Part shown: one piece after another, positions 54,710-64,000 of the stretch
Position numbering within the stretch: the stretch's first letter is position 1
Layout of the letters: each line of letters begins with the position of its first letter
Assembly (NCBI GenBank): GCA_016176525.1
Contig: JACOWZ010000003.1
Location: 385,000-448,999 of the forward strand
Length of the DNA: 64,000 bases
Direction of reading: 5' to 3'
DNA from: Candidatus Colwellbacteria bacterium
GTDB taxonomy: Bacteria > Patescibacteriota > Minisyncoccia > UBA6257 > Colwellbacteraceae
The notes under the pieces: model-generated
The model's input: the letters and a program-made list of their open reading frames with translations, nothing else
Databases searched by the model: none
Told to the model about the DNA's origin: nothing
Position numbers and translations under genes: made by a program

Positions 54710-56119
54710 ATGAATTCTTTAACCAAATATATCTTGGTTAGTGCAGCCAGTTTGTTAGCTATAATTACTCTTAGTATTTTTGTCTTTAATCTTTTCACAG
54801 AACAAGATAATAAAGCGGATTCCACAAAAAATCATAACTTTATTAGGAATGAGTCTAATATCGAGACTATTTCTACTCCAGTAGAAAAAACAGATGGTTT
54901 AACTTTAGAAGAAGCGTTTAATCAAACTAACTTAGGAAGTAGGATGTCTTCTAGAGCTTGCTCGAGAGATCTGAATAAAGTAATATATTGTGTTCTTCCT
55001 AGGGAAGTAGGTAAGCATTCAGTATCAAACATACTACTTTTGAGGTCAGATAATGATGGTAAGGATTGGTCAGAAGAAATCGTACCCACTGGAATTTATA
55101 GTACCAACACTTTACCGGCTATAACAATTGACTCGCAAAATAATATTCATATAGTCTGGATTGGTATAGATTTAACTGGATACCTAGATAAACAGGTATT
55201 TACTATCGAGTGGTACGAGGCTCTTCACAAAAGATTCAACCTTTTGCATATAACTAAAACCAACTCTAACTGGGGGAATGTATACAAACTAGGTGATAGC
55301 GGTGGGGATATTAACCCATCGATAGCGTTAGACTCAAGAAATGCTATCCATGTTGTTTGGTTTAATACTTTAAATAGAACTCTATTATACAGAAAATTAT
55401 CTGCAGGGGTTTGGGGTGCTACAGGGGTGTTGGCTTCTAATATAAATTTTCCTAGAAAAACCGCTACTTTAGCTGTCGATTTACAAAATAATATTCATGT
55501 TGTTTGGGCAGATGATGATATTTATTATAAAGAAATTAGGGATGGTATTTTGGAAGAAACAGTTGATATAGATACAAGGCCCGAAATATATATAGAGGTC
55601 CCCTCGCTGTTTGTAGGGGCGTTTGGGGATTTTAATCCCTCAATTGCAATAGATTCGCAAAATAATATACACATTGTTTGGATATCTAGTGGTCTTCTTG
55701 AAGGCAGACAAGCGCCGCAAGAAGATGTAATTATGTATCAAAAGAAAGATAAGAATGGGTGGCTTGAACAACCCATAAATGTGGCCTATGGGTGGGATAA
55801 TCCCCAAGGCAAACCTTTGATTTGCTTGGATTCTAGAGATAATATTTACATAAGTTGGTATTCTTACGACATATATAATCGTGGCCCACTTAGGGGTGGC
55901 ACTTCGCCGCGAATAGTTTCTGATGAATTTATAACATTACCATTAAAGCAAAAAATTCCTATATCTACTTGTAGTATTTGGCCTCAAAAAGATGGCGTTT
56001 CAGCCAATATTCCTAACTACGGCTATGAGATTTTGGAAACGGAAAATGGCATCCCTTCTGTTTTTATAGGAACCGAATCAGTGCAGTTACCAGAGTATGT
56101 GGATAAAGCCGGAGGATAG
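54710..56119 (+). CDS. Secreted repeat protein (beta-propeller-like, five D-x-QNNIH-V-VW repeats); AT-rich, probably an inserted cassette
   Basis: N-terminal TM; repeats TIDSQNNIHIVW / LDSRNAIHVVW / VDLQNNIHVVW / IDSQNNIHIVW / LDSRDNIYISW. Confidence 0.55.
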   Translation: MNSLTKYILVSAASLLAIITLSIFVFNLFTEQDNKADSTKNHNFIRNESNIETISTPVEKTDGLTLEEAFNQTNLGSRMSSRACSRDLNKVIYCVLPREVGKHSVSNILLLRSDNDGKDWSEEIVPTGIYSTNTLPAITIDSQNNIHIVWIGIDLTGYLDKQVFTIEWYEALHKRFNLLHITKTNSNWGNVYKLGDSGGDINPSIALDSRNAIHVVWFNTLNRTLLYRKLSAGVWGATGVLASNINFPRKTATLAVDLQNNIHVVWADDDIYYKEIRDGILEETVDIDTRPEIYIEVPSLFVGAFGDFNPSIAIDSQNNIHIVWISSGLLEGRQAPQEDVIMYQKKDKNGWLEQPINVAYGWDNPQGKPLICLDSRDNIYISWYSYDIYNRGPLRGGTSPRIVSDEFITLPLKQKIPISTCSIWPQKDGVSANIPNYGYEILETENGIPSVFIGTESVQLPEYVDKAGG

Positions 56120-56210
56120 CAGGGTTGCACAGAGAGTATAATAAGAACATGAAAAAATATTTACTCATAATCCTTCCGGTTTTGGTTTTTGTGTTTGGGG
56201 TGAATAGTCT

Positions 56211-56876
56211 ATGATTGAATTTATATTAGGTCCGTTTGCGGTTTGGGCACCATATGTTTTTTTGTTTGGAGCGCTTGCATCGGCTGTGTTTTTTTACATT
56301 AAAAAATTTTCTGCAAAGTGGTATTGGGTTTTAGTTTGGGCAACGCTTGGGTTTAAGGCACTTTTTGCAGCGTTCTTATCTTGGGGGCAATATTTTGTGT
56401 GGCTACGCGGCGGGGAGTTTACACAGACGTTTTTAAACACGCCGCTTAGTGCTGATACGCCCGACACCGTGCTTACTTTTGTAACCAAGCTTTTTCGCCC
56501 GCTTTTCGAAACAGAAAAAGGATATTTTCTTTTTTACGCTTATAGTAGATTCTGGATAAATCTAATTGTTCTTATTGTTGCCGCTATCGGCTTTTGGCTG
56601 TTCTTAAAAATGCTTAAAAAATACAGAGCCAGATTTTTTGACACAGGCGAGGTAGAGCTAGGGTTCTTGATGGCATTAGTCGCAGGTTGGCCGGGATTTT
56701 TGGTTTTTGTGCCGCTTGTGTTTTTGGCGGTGGTGTTTGTATCAATATTCCGCGGAATATTCCTTAAAGAGGCATATACAACGCTGGGATGGCCAATGCT
56801 CTTAGCCGCACTTCTTACCTTAATTTGGGGAAGTAGCTTAATAGACTTGCTGAATTTGGGAGTTTTCCGCATATAG
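56211..56876 (+). CDS. Polytopic membrane protein in the pilus locus (prepilin-peptidase position, but the A24 motifs are not evident)
   Basis: Six to seven TM helices; lacks the GGDVKL motif. Confidence 0.45.
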   Translation: MIEFILGPFAVWAPYVFLFGALASAVFFYIKKFSAKWYWVLVWATLGFKALFAAFLSWGQYFVWLRGGEFTQTFLNTPLSADTPDTVLTFVTKLFRPLFETEKGYFLFYAYSRFWINLIVLIVAAIGFWLFLKMLKKYRARFFDTGEVELGFLMALVAGWPGFLVFVPLVFLAVVFVSIFRGIFLKEAYTTLGWPMLLAALLTLIWGSSLIDLLNLGVFRI

Positions 56877-56894
56877 AATGCTATAATTTAATAT

Positions 56895-58610
56895 ATGCTT
56901 CACTTGGCTCCAGAAAAGTTAAAAAAGCTGCTTACCGAGTCTGGTGTTGTTGAAGATGCAAACTTTTCTTCCGCAGAAAAAGAGGCGCAAACGCAAGGTA
57001 GAGATGTGGCGAGTGTCTTAATATCCAACGGCGCAATTCCAGAACATTATTTTACCGAGCTTATAGCAAAGTATGCCAGTGTGCCTATTGTCGGTTTGGT
57101 GGGCGTAAAGATTCCATCAACAACCTTAGAGCTAATACCGGAGACCTATGCGTACTCCAAAAATGTGGCGGCGTTTGAATATAAAAAAGGAGACTTCGTA
57201 AAAGTTGCGATGCTGGACCCATTTGATTACGAAACGCTGGAGTTTTTAAGGGTACACATCGGTCTTAAGGTAATTCCGCATGTTACAACCAAAAGCGGTT
57301 TGCAAAACGCACTTAAGCAATATAAAGAAAAGCTGGGTAAAGAATTTAGCGAGATTATAAAAGAAAGCGTTGAGAAATCTATGTCGCTAACTGGCGAAGC
57401 AGACTTGGCTAAGGTTGCAGAAGCAGTGCCAGTGGTCTCGACACTCAAGAGCATAATTGAATACGCTATCAGCTTAAACTCTTCTGATATTCACTTTGAG
57501 CCATTTGATAAAAATTTGGTTGTGCGTTTTAGAATAGACGGGGTGCTTCGCGAGATTTTTGATTTGCCAAAAGCCATAGAGCCAACAATAGTGGCGCGCA
57601 TAAAAATACTTGCTAATTTACAGATAGATGAGCACCGCGTACCGCAGGACGGCAGGTTTAAGTTTGATGTGGGCGGCAAAGAGGCTGTTGATATTCGCGT
57701 TAGCATTATTCCGGTTCTCTATGGCGAAAAGGCAGAGATGAGGCTTTTGCGTAGTTCTTCTAGGCCGATTTCTTTAGAAGACTTGGGGTTGTCGTCCAAG
57801 GCAGTGCTAATTGTACGCGATGAGATTCAAAAACCGCACGGAATGATTTTGTCTACCGGCCCAACCGGCAGCGGTAAAACTACAACGCTCTATGCTATTT
57901 TGCATATATTAAACACGTCGAAGGTAAATATTACTACAATTGAAGACCCTATTGAGTACGAAGTGCCGGGTATAAACCAAATACAAGTTAACCCCAAAGC
58001 AAAAGTAACATTTAGCACGGGGCTGCGCTCTATTTTGCGGCAAGACCCGAATATTATAATGGTGGGTGAAATTCGCGATTCAGAGACTGTGGCAATAGCG
58101 ATACAATCGGCATTAACGGGCCACTTGATGCTATCCAGCTTACACACAAACGATGCGCCTGCTGCAATTCCGCGGCTTATAGACATGGGGGCGGCACCGT
58201 TTTTGCTTGCATCCACTATAAATTTGGTTATAGCACAGCGGCTTGTGCGCAAAATTTGCGACACTTGCATCGGCTCATTTGGAACAACACAGCAAATAAA
58301 GCGTCTGATAGAGATACAATTAGAGCTTACCGGCCACAAATATGACGAAAGCGTTATTCCAAAAACTTTGTATAAAGGAGCCGGTTGCAATGCATGCGGA
58401 GACACGGGGTATAGAGGGCTAATTGGCGTTTTTGAAGTGTTTAGAGTAACCGATGTTATCCGCCAGCTTATGTTAAAGAGCGCCTCCGCTGGAGAACTGA
58501 AGAAAGAAGCAATAAAAGAAGGAATGGTTACGCTTTTTGAAGATGGACTGGAAAAAGCAAAGGCCGGAGTAACAACAATAGAAGAAGTTCTCCGCGTTAT
58601 GCAAGAATAA
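56895..58610 (+). CDS. pilB: Type IV pilus assembly ATPase PilB (GspE family)
   Basis: Walker A LSTGPTGSGKTTTLYA, Asp box, His box, tetracysteine CDTC...CNACGD. Confidence 0.9.
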   Translation: MLHLAPEKLKKLLTESGVVEDANFSSAEKEAQTQGRDVASVLISNGAIPEHYFTELIAKYASVPIVGLVGVKIPSTTLELIPETYAYSKNVAAFEYKKGDFVKVAMLDPFDYETLEFLRVHIGLKVIPHVTTKSGLQNALKQYKEKLGKEFSEIIKESVEKSMSLTGEADLAKVAEAVPVVSTLKSIIEYAISLNSSDIHFEPFDKNLVVRFRIDGVLREIFDLPKAIEPTIVARIKILANLQIDEHRVPQDGRFKFDVGGKEAVDIRVSIIPVLYGEKAEMRLLRSSSRPISLEDLGLSSKAVLIVRDEIQKPHGMILSTGPTGSGKTTTLYAILHILNTSKVNITTIEDPIEYEVPGINQIQVNPKAKVTFSTGLRSILRQDPNIIMVGEIRDSETVAIAIQSALTGHLMLSSLHTNDAPAAIPRLIDMGAAPFLLASTINLVIAQRLVRKICDTCIGSFGTTQQIKRLIEIQLELTGHKYDESVIPKTLYKGAGCNACGDTGYRGLIGVFEVFRVTDVIRQLMLKSASAGELKKEAIKEGMVTLFEDGLEKAKAGVTTIEEVLRVMQE

Positions 58611-58611
58611 T

Positions 58612-59826
58612 ATGTTATTTACTTACGAAGCGTTTAATGTAAATGGGCAGACTGTTAGGGGCGAGATAGATGCCAAGTCGGAAAAAGACGTGGTTTTGTA
58701 TTTGGAAGGGCGCGGGCTAATTCCATCGCGCGTACACCCAAAACATAAAGCAGAAAAGAAAGGAGTTCTGTCCACTCAATTTTTTGCAAAAATCAGCGAA
58801 ACAGACAAGATATTTTTGGTGCGCAATCTTGCAACAGCAATAAAAGCGGGTTTGAGCTTAAACGACGCGTTGGAAATTGTATTACAAGACACAAAAAAGG
58901 GGCTTATGCGCGATGTGCTAACTCATGTGCGCGACAGCGTGCGCGAGGGCCACACCTTATCTGATTCTTTTATGCCGTATAAAGATTTATTCCCGGGCAT
59001 TTTTATAGGACTTTTGCGTGCGGGGGAATCCGGCAGCCAGCTAGACAAGGTTTTGGAGGAGCTATCAAGGCACATGGTTAAGGAATACTCGCTTATTAAG
59101 AAAATTAAGTCTGCTATGGTCTACCCGATACTTTTGCTAACGGTTGGTTTTGCGGTGGTTGTGTTTCTTTTAACTTTTGTCTTGCCGCGCCTGACTGGTA
59201 CATTCCAACTCTCCGGCGTGGAATTGCCGCTTATAACCCGTGTTTTGGTTGTTATAAGCGATACTTTAAGCGGTAATCCGATTGTTACCACGTTGGTTTT
59301 TTTGGGGCTTACGTCGGGAATATTTTTAGGTGCAAGAACGAGAGCCGGCAAAAAAATCCGCAACAAGATTTTTATGAAGACTCCGGTGGTCAATGACTTA
59401 ATACGTAAGGTTGCACTGGTGCGGTTTACGCGCACACTAGGCAGCTTAATAACGGGCGCGACTCCAATACTTGAAGCATTGCAAACTTCTGCTGGCGCGG
59501 TCGCAAACGATGAGTATAAAGAGGCGATTTTGGACTCTGCGGGCAAAGTGCAGGTCGGAGTCACTTTATCTAAAGCGATGAAGAATTATCCGGAGCTTTT
59601 CCCACTACTATTAACTAATTTGGTGGCGGTGGGTGAGAAAACCGGCAGTTTGGAGTATGTGCTTGCGACTTTCTCTAATTTCTACGAAGAAGAAGTTGAT
59701 ACAAAACTAAAAGATCTAACAACACTCTTTGAGCCGATACTTTTAATGATTATGGGCCTTATTGTCGGTGGAATTGCAGTTGCGGTACTGTTGCCTATTT
59801 ACCAATTAGTAGGACGCTTTACATGA
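58612..59826 (+). CDS. pilC: Type IV pilus platform protein PilC (GspF family)
   Basis: Two GspF repeats, three TM segments. Confidence 0.9.
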   Translation: MLFTYEAFNVNGQTVRGEIDAKSEKDVVLYLEGRGLIPSRVHPKHKAEKKGVLSTQFFAKISETDKIFLVRNLATAIKAGLSLNDALEIVLQDTKKGLMRDVLTHVRDSVREGHTLSDSFMPYKDLFPGIFIGLLRAGESGSQLDKVLEELSRHMVKEYSLIKKIKSAMVYPILLLTVGFAVVVFLLTFVLPRLTGTFQLSGVELPLITRVLVVISDTLSGNPIVTTLVFLGLTSGIFLGARTRAGKKIRNKIFMKTPVVNDLIRKVALVRFTRTLGSLITGATPILEALQTSAGAVANDEYKEAILDSAGKVQVGVTLSKAMKNYPELFPLLLTNLVAVGEKTGSLEYVLATFSNFYEEEVDTKLKDLTTLFEPILLMIMGLIVGGIAVAVLLPIYQLVGRFT

Positions 59827-60311
59827 TAAGAGATAAGAATGCCTTCACACTTATTGAGGCGGTTATTGTTATAGGAATACTTTCTGTGTTATTAGCAATT
59901 CTCGCCCCTACGCTTGTTGGCACATTTAAAGAGAGTGATATCGATTCCGCAGTTACCACAATTATTTCAGATATAAGAATTGCGCAGGCAAATTCTACTT
60001 CTGGAAAAGATGAAGCCCAGTGGGGAGTATGTTTTCAAAATTCTACAGATGATAGATATTTTATACTTTCACCCCCAGATGATTGCCCTGTAAGCGGAGA
60101 CCCGACCCCCAGCAGTATTATCAAAACAGAAGTTTTTTTGAAAGAAGGTATGGCATTTACTTCGCCCGCGAGCGGGGCTTCTACGCTTATTTCTTTTTCA
60201 CGCATAAGGGGAGAAATAACTGCAAATACAACCATTACTATTACTTTGCGCGGTTTAACCAGAACGATTAATATTGATAAAAGCGGACTAATTTATTGCA
60301 GTGATTGTTAA
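59823..60311 (+). CDS. Pseudopilin / minor pilin (prepilin-type N-terminus)
   Basis: KNAFTLIEAVIVIGILSVLLAI class III signal. Confidence 0.7.
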   Translation: MIRDKNAFTLIEAVIVIGILSVLLAILAPTLVGTFKESDIDSAVTTIISDIRIAQANSTSGKDEAQWGVCFQNSTDDRYFILSPPDDCPVSGDPTPSSIIKTEVFLKEGMAFTSPASGASTLISFSRIRGEITANTTITITLRGLTRTINIDKSGLIYCSDC

Positions 60312-60328
60312 TTTGCTAAAATAAAAAT

Positions 60329-62515
60329 ATGAATCGTAGAGGCCAGTTACTTCTGGAAATTTTAATTGCTATTGCGGTTGGAGCTGTGGTTTTATCGCTT
60401 GGTGCGGGGCTTATTTATGTAAGCTTGAACGGCGCAATAGTTTCTGTGGAGCGCAACGTTGCCTTAGGAATTGCGGATTTTATGATAGAGAGCATACGCA
60501 CTGCCGCGTATGAAAATTGGAACACAATTGATGCCCCGCCGTTGGATTCAACCGGCGACTTTGGCGGCGCAAAGGGCAGTGGCATAAAGTATTACCCCCA
60601 GAGAATATATGACAATGGTTATGCTTCTATTATTTTGGACGAAAGCGCGACAGCCTCAAGTGACAGGTGGGACACAACAGACACTATAAACGCGACTTCT
60701 TCAATCGGCAACGTTACTTTTTTAGCTTTAGACGACGGCTCTGCGTGGGTTAGTCGCGCGCCGAGCTCTTATGAGAGCGATGGCGACATACTTGAAACCC
60801 GCCATAATTGGGAAATTATACGTAACCCTGGTGGTTCGCTTAATTTTGTAACTGTTTTAGAAGAGCACGATGATGCAAACCCAAGTAATAATACTTATTA
60901 TGGGTTGTTTGTGGGTGATGGTGAAATCGCACAGCTGTGGAATGATTCTAACAGAACCATGACATCACTAGACGTTGATGCAGTGCTTACTCCAAATTTA
61001 AGGAGTGCGGCCGGGTATGATGATGGAGTTATTGTTGCAGGCGGAGGTTCCGGGGCAACAACGAAGATTTGGGAAACTACAGATATATTTGCATCTACAC
61101 CTGTATTTACGGCGTGGGCCTCTTCGGAGCTTTTATCCGGTACTGTTAATTCCGCTACGCCAAATGGCATAGCGCCGTCAAGCACCATTTGGGTTGTCGG
61201 ATCTTCTGGCCTTGTTGCAAGGATAAGCTCCACTCTTGTTGTTGATGATTGTACCGATGACCTTGCGAATGTAAATTTTAATAGTGTTTCGGCATCTACA
61301 TCTACAAATGTTTGGGTTGTGGGCGACAGCGGCAATGTTTGGCAAAATAAGTCTTCTACAGGTTGTAGTGTTAATAGCAATAACTGGGTTGATCGTTCAG
61401 CTACTAGTCCGACAGATAAATGGGGAAGCAATACCAATATACTTAGTGTTAGAGCATCCAGTACTGGTTCGGCAATTATTGCGGGAGATAACGGGGAAGT
61501 TTGGGCCTATGACGGTTCTAGTTGGACGCAAATTTGTGGCAATGGATATAACGACGACGAAGACCACGCTAATTTTAGAGACTGCGACGAAACTTACACA
61601 AACACCGTAAGATGGGGGACTGCCAATATGCGGGTATCGGAAAGCTATTCATCGCAAATTTGGATTGTTGGCTCCGGGGGTAAGGTATTTAAACAAAGTT
61701 CGCAAAGGGTGGAAATTAGAACAGGCGAGGGTACTGTTGATGACTACGCATACTATTTTTATATAGCAAATATTTGCCGAGATGATCCAGATGTAGGCGA
61801 CCCTGATTTAATTAATGGTTTTATAACTGGGTTTACCGACAGTGACGGAGCCGATGAGACGTGCGTAGAGAGCACCGGCACTTATGACCCCACAACACTT
61901 TCTATAGCCGCAGAGGTTACCTGGCCAAGAGGTGGTGTTTCTAAAATTGATTATATAACAAGGTGGCCAGGCTTTGCGTGCACTTTCGTGGCTGTACCGA
62001 CTGCCGAAACTACCAGTACAACGCGCGCTTGCCCCCGGGTAGCGATTAACGATATTCTTTTTGATACAAGTAGCTCTAGTTTTAAATTACTTCCTCTAAT
62101 TGGGAACGCTATACTTACTTCTCCTGTAATTGATTTGATGGGGCTTCGCCAGAATGATGCCGCCGATAATGGTGTGTTTTTACACTCATTTTTATGGGAA
62201 GGCACCGAGCCTTCTGGATCAAGCGTAAGATTTATATTTGCAACATCAGATTGTACAAATGGCGCAACTAACCCACCAACATGCAACAGTGGTTCTTGGA
62301 CTAATTATGATGGAGGCGAAACCTCGTGCGCTTCTGGTGATTTTATTAGCAACTATAAAGATATTAACTCAGGTACGGTTTCGGCTGTTACCGGATGTTC
62401 AAACCAGTTTGGAACAAAAAGATATTTAAGAATTCAAATGAATTTAACGCGAACTGACCCTATACTTGGCACAAGCCCAGAAGTAACCGAGTTTAAGCTT
62501 TATTTTTTACCCTAA
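60329..62515 (+). CDS. Large (728 aa) pilin-like protein, candidate pilus-tip adhesin
   Basis: N-terminal RRGQLLLEILIAIAVGAVVL prepilin-like helix then ~690-aa Ser/Thr/Asp-rich globular region. Confidence 0.55.
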   Translation: MNRRGQLLLEILIAIAVGAVVLSLGAGLIYVSLNGAIVSVERNVALGIADFMIESIRTAAYENWNTIDAPPLDSTGDFGGAKGSGIKYYPQRIYDNGYASIILDESATASSDRWDTTDTINATSSIGNVTFLALDDGSAWVSRAPSSYESDGDILETRHNWEIIRNPGGSLNFVTVLEEHDDANPSNNTYYGLFVGDGEIAQLWNDSNRTMTSLDVDAVLTPNLRSAAGYDDGVIVAGGGSGATTKIWETTDIFASTPVFTAWASSELLSGTVNSATPNGIAPSSTIWVVGSSGLVARISSTLVVDDCTDDLANVNFNSVSASTSTNVWVVGDSGNVWQNKSSTGCSVNSNNWVDRSATSPTDKWGSNTNILSVRASSTGSAIIAGDNGEVWAYDGSSWTQICGNGYNDDEDHANFRDCDETYTNTVRWGTANMRVSESYSSQIWIVGSGGKVFKQSSQRVEIRTGEGTVDDYAYYFYIANICRDDPDVGDPDLINGFITGFTDSDGADETCVESTGTYDPTTLSIAAEVTWPRGGVSKIDYITRWPGFACTFVAVPTAETTSTTRACPRVAINDILFDTSSSSFKLLPLIGNAILTSPVIDLMGLRQNDAADNGVFLHSFLWEGTEPSGSSVRFIFATSDCTNGATNPPTCNSGSWTNYDGGETSCASGDFISNYKDINSGTVSAVTGCSNQFGTKRYLRIQMNLTRTDPILGTSPEVTEFKLYFLP

Positions 62516-62562
62516 AGATTATCCACAGATTATAGTCTGTAGAGTTTAGTATAATAAATAAT

Positions 62563-63390
62563 ATGCATCAAAAAGGTGCTCACAAGAGGAGAAACGGGTT
62601 TAGCTTGATGGAATTGCTTGTTTATGTAGTTGTTTTGTCTGTTGTAGGTCTTGTTGTAGGTGGCACTATAGTTTCGCTTATACAGGGTGGTGGGCGAATT
62701 GAAGCAAGAGGAGAGGTGGCATCAAATATTCGATTTGTTGCAGAAAAAATTAAGCAAGACCTTAAAAATGCCACAAATATTTATTCTCCTTCTGCACAGA
62801 GTTCTTCAACTACCTTGGATATAGACACTCTTGTAACAACAACTGCTTCTTCAAACCCTTTTATTAAGAACGCTTATGCGGAGTGTATCGGAACTTTTAG
62901 GCTTTTTTGCATACAAGGTGGTGGCCTTGGTGGGGGAGGCGGTGGAGATGGAGGCGGTTCTACGCCTCAATCTGGTCCCGCTACAAATACAGAGAGGGTA
63001 ACGTATGGTTTAAATTCTAGCACTGGTGCTATAGAGCGCACCGTAGATAGCGTGGTAGAGCGCCTTACATCAGATTCTGTTGTTGTTAGTGCAGTTAGTT
63101 TTGAATGGGTGCAGAGTATAAACCCAATTACTAGGCGCGCTGTTGTCTCTATTAGAACAATATTAAGCGTGCGATATGATACAGATGTGGTTGCCAACCA
63201 GTATTCAGAAGCAAAAACAATGACGTTTCCGTTAGGCTCAATGTTTGGCATATATGTTGGCGGTCCGCAAACTGCCCCGCCACCGGCTCCACCTGGTTTG
63301 CCGCCTCCACCGCCGGCTTTTCGCCCTCCGGGCGGAGGAATTATTGAAACTAATCCGGATTTGCCTGGAGGGGGCCTGTTTGAGATATGA
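62563..63390 (+). CDS. Pseudopilin with Gly-rich and Pro-rich C-terminal tail
   Basis: RRNGFSLMELLVYVVVLSVV class III signal; GGGLGGGGGGDGGGS and APPPAPPGLPPPPPAFRPPGGG segments. Confidence 0.7.
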   Translation: MHQKGAHKRRNGFSLMELLVYVVVLSVVGLVVGGTIVSLIQGGGRIEARGEVASNIRFVAEKIKQDLKNATNIYSPSAQSSSTTLDIDTLVTTTASSNPFIKNAYAECIGTFRLFCIQGGGLGGGGGGDGGGSTPQSGPATNTERVTYGLNSSTGAIERTVDSVVERLTSDSVVVSAVSFEWVQSINPITRRAVVSIRTILSVRYDTDVVANQYSEAKTMTFPLGSMFGIYVGGPQTAPPPAPPGLPPPPPAFRPPGGGIIETNPDLPGGGLFEI

Positions 63391-63845
63391 CGAATCGGGG
63401 TGTTGTGTCTTTACCTGTTGTAATAGTGTTGGCTTTTATTACGCTTGCTGTGGGCATTGCTGTAACAGCCATTGGTTTTGGCGAAGTTTCTGTTTCTGCA
63501 GAAGATGTTGGGGCATCGGTTGCCTTAACTTATGCAGAGGCCGGCGCTAGGGAAGCATTGCGCAAGATTTCTGTGTCTCCTTTTGATACATTTGCAACCA
63601 CTACTGATGATTTCCATATTGCTTTCCAAGACAATGGGTGCGACACGGACCCCGGCGCTGATTGCGTAAGGGTTACTATGGAAGATACAGCCGCAAACAC
63701 AATAGAAATAATCTCAAAAGGGGAGCATACTGTAGGCGGCAGGGCGAATGTTAGAACAGTTAAAGTTACGGTAACGCAATATGCCAGCGCCGACGACTCT
63801 TATGTTGAAGAAATAATTTCAAACGCGGTTTGGGAAGACTTTTAA
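63387..63845 (+). CDS. Minor pilin-like membrane-anchored protein (hypothetical)
   Basis: N-terminal hydrophobic helix without the canonical G-F-T-L-x-E; 4-nt overlap with the upstream pseudopilin. Confidence 0.4.
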   Translation: MTNRGVVSLPVVIVLAFITLAVGIAVTAIGFGEVSVSAEDVGASVALTYAEAGAREALRKISVSPFDTFATTTDDFHIAFQDNGCDTDPGADCVRVTMEDTAANTIEIISKGEHTVGGRANVRTVKVTVTQYASADDSYVEEIISNAVWEDF

Positions 63846-63846
63846 G

Positions 63847-64000
63847 CTATTCGGGCCTCTTTTTGAATAGAGAAATCAAGAATATTGCCGCTGCGGTTAG
63901 TATTATTGTGGGCCCGGTTATAAAACCGAAGTAGGCAGAAATTCCCAAACCCAATATTACAGATACTATAGAGATTCCTATTGATACAAGAACCATTTCT
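63847..64000 (-). CDS. C-terminal fragment of a membrane protein; the gene continues beyond the window
   Basis: Minus-strand frame translates to a hydrophobic helix ...ISIVSVILGLGISAYFGFITGPTIILTAAAIFLISLFKKRPE-stop. Confidence 0.3.
   Translation of the reverse strand, partial: EMVLVSIGISIVSVILGLGISAYFGFITGPTIILTAAAIFLISLFKKRPE

Noticed and set aside
56211-56876. Prepilin peptidase (PilD) call for the polytopic membrane protein in the pilus locus
   Set aside because: Position and topology fit, but the A24 catalytic signature (GGGDVKL and the first conserved Asp context) is not recognisable. Left as a hypothetical membrane protein.

Overview
This 64 kb window is about 43% GC and densely coding. 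It looks like chromosomal DNA from a small-genome bacterium. Many small hypothetical membrane or secreted proteins, reduced ribosomal operons, a type IV pilus locus, short SMC and LepA proteins, and stand-alone SWIB, DM13 and CHRD proteins suggest a Candidate Phyla Radiation (Patescibacteria) organism, but that is inference. I annotated about 85 protein-coding genes. These cover DNA repair and maintenance (class II ribonucleotide reductase fragment, endonuclease III, MGMT-domain protein, TruB, UDG family 4, RmuC, SMC), translation and secretion (Obg, S16, KH protein, TrmD, S2, EF-Ts, L33, PIMT, HPF, SecA, LepA), cell-wall peptidases (M15, two tandem M14, M23), a cluster of five NUDIX hydrolases with a deaminase and a PNPOx-like protein, glycosyltransferase and sugar-transferase genes, and a type IV pilus cluster (PilM-N fusion, PilO-like, pilin, PilB, PilC, four pseudopilins). 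There are five tRNA genes: Asn-GTT, Tyr-GTA, Thr-TGT, Thr-GGT and Gly-CCC. Ribosomal protein L33 and two very small peptide genes fall below the ORF-track length cutoff. The most unusual features are not CDS: (1) a 24-bp perfect palindrome GGTGTTATGAT-NN-ATCATAACACC in four copies, two inserted in-frame into truB and a nucleotidyltransferase gene; (2) a roughly 115-bp element bounded by inverted repeats, in three intergenic copies; (3) two tRNA genes each followed about 150 bp downstream by a direct copy of their own 3' end across a strongly structured spacer; (4) a 35-bp duplicated junction flanking an AT-rich 1.6-kb cassette inserted into the pilus locus; (5) a GC-rich segment encoding an internally duplicated Trp/Arg-rich protein plus a winged-helix regulator next to rmuC; (6) AT-rich palindromes abutting the start codons of the NUDIX/deaminase cluster; (7) a complete miniature gene (promoter, perfect SD, 20-codon ORF, terminator) on the minus strand near 8.8 kb. 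No CRISPR array, rRNA or obvious prophage was seen.
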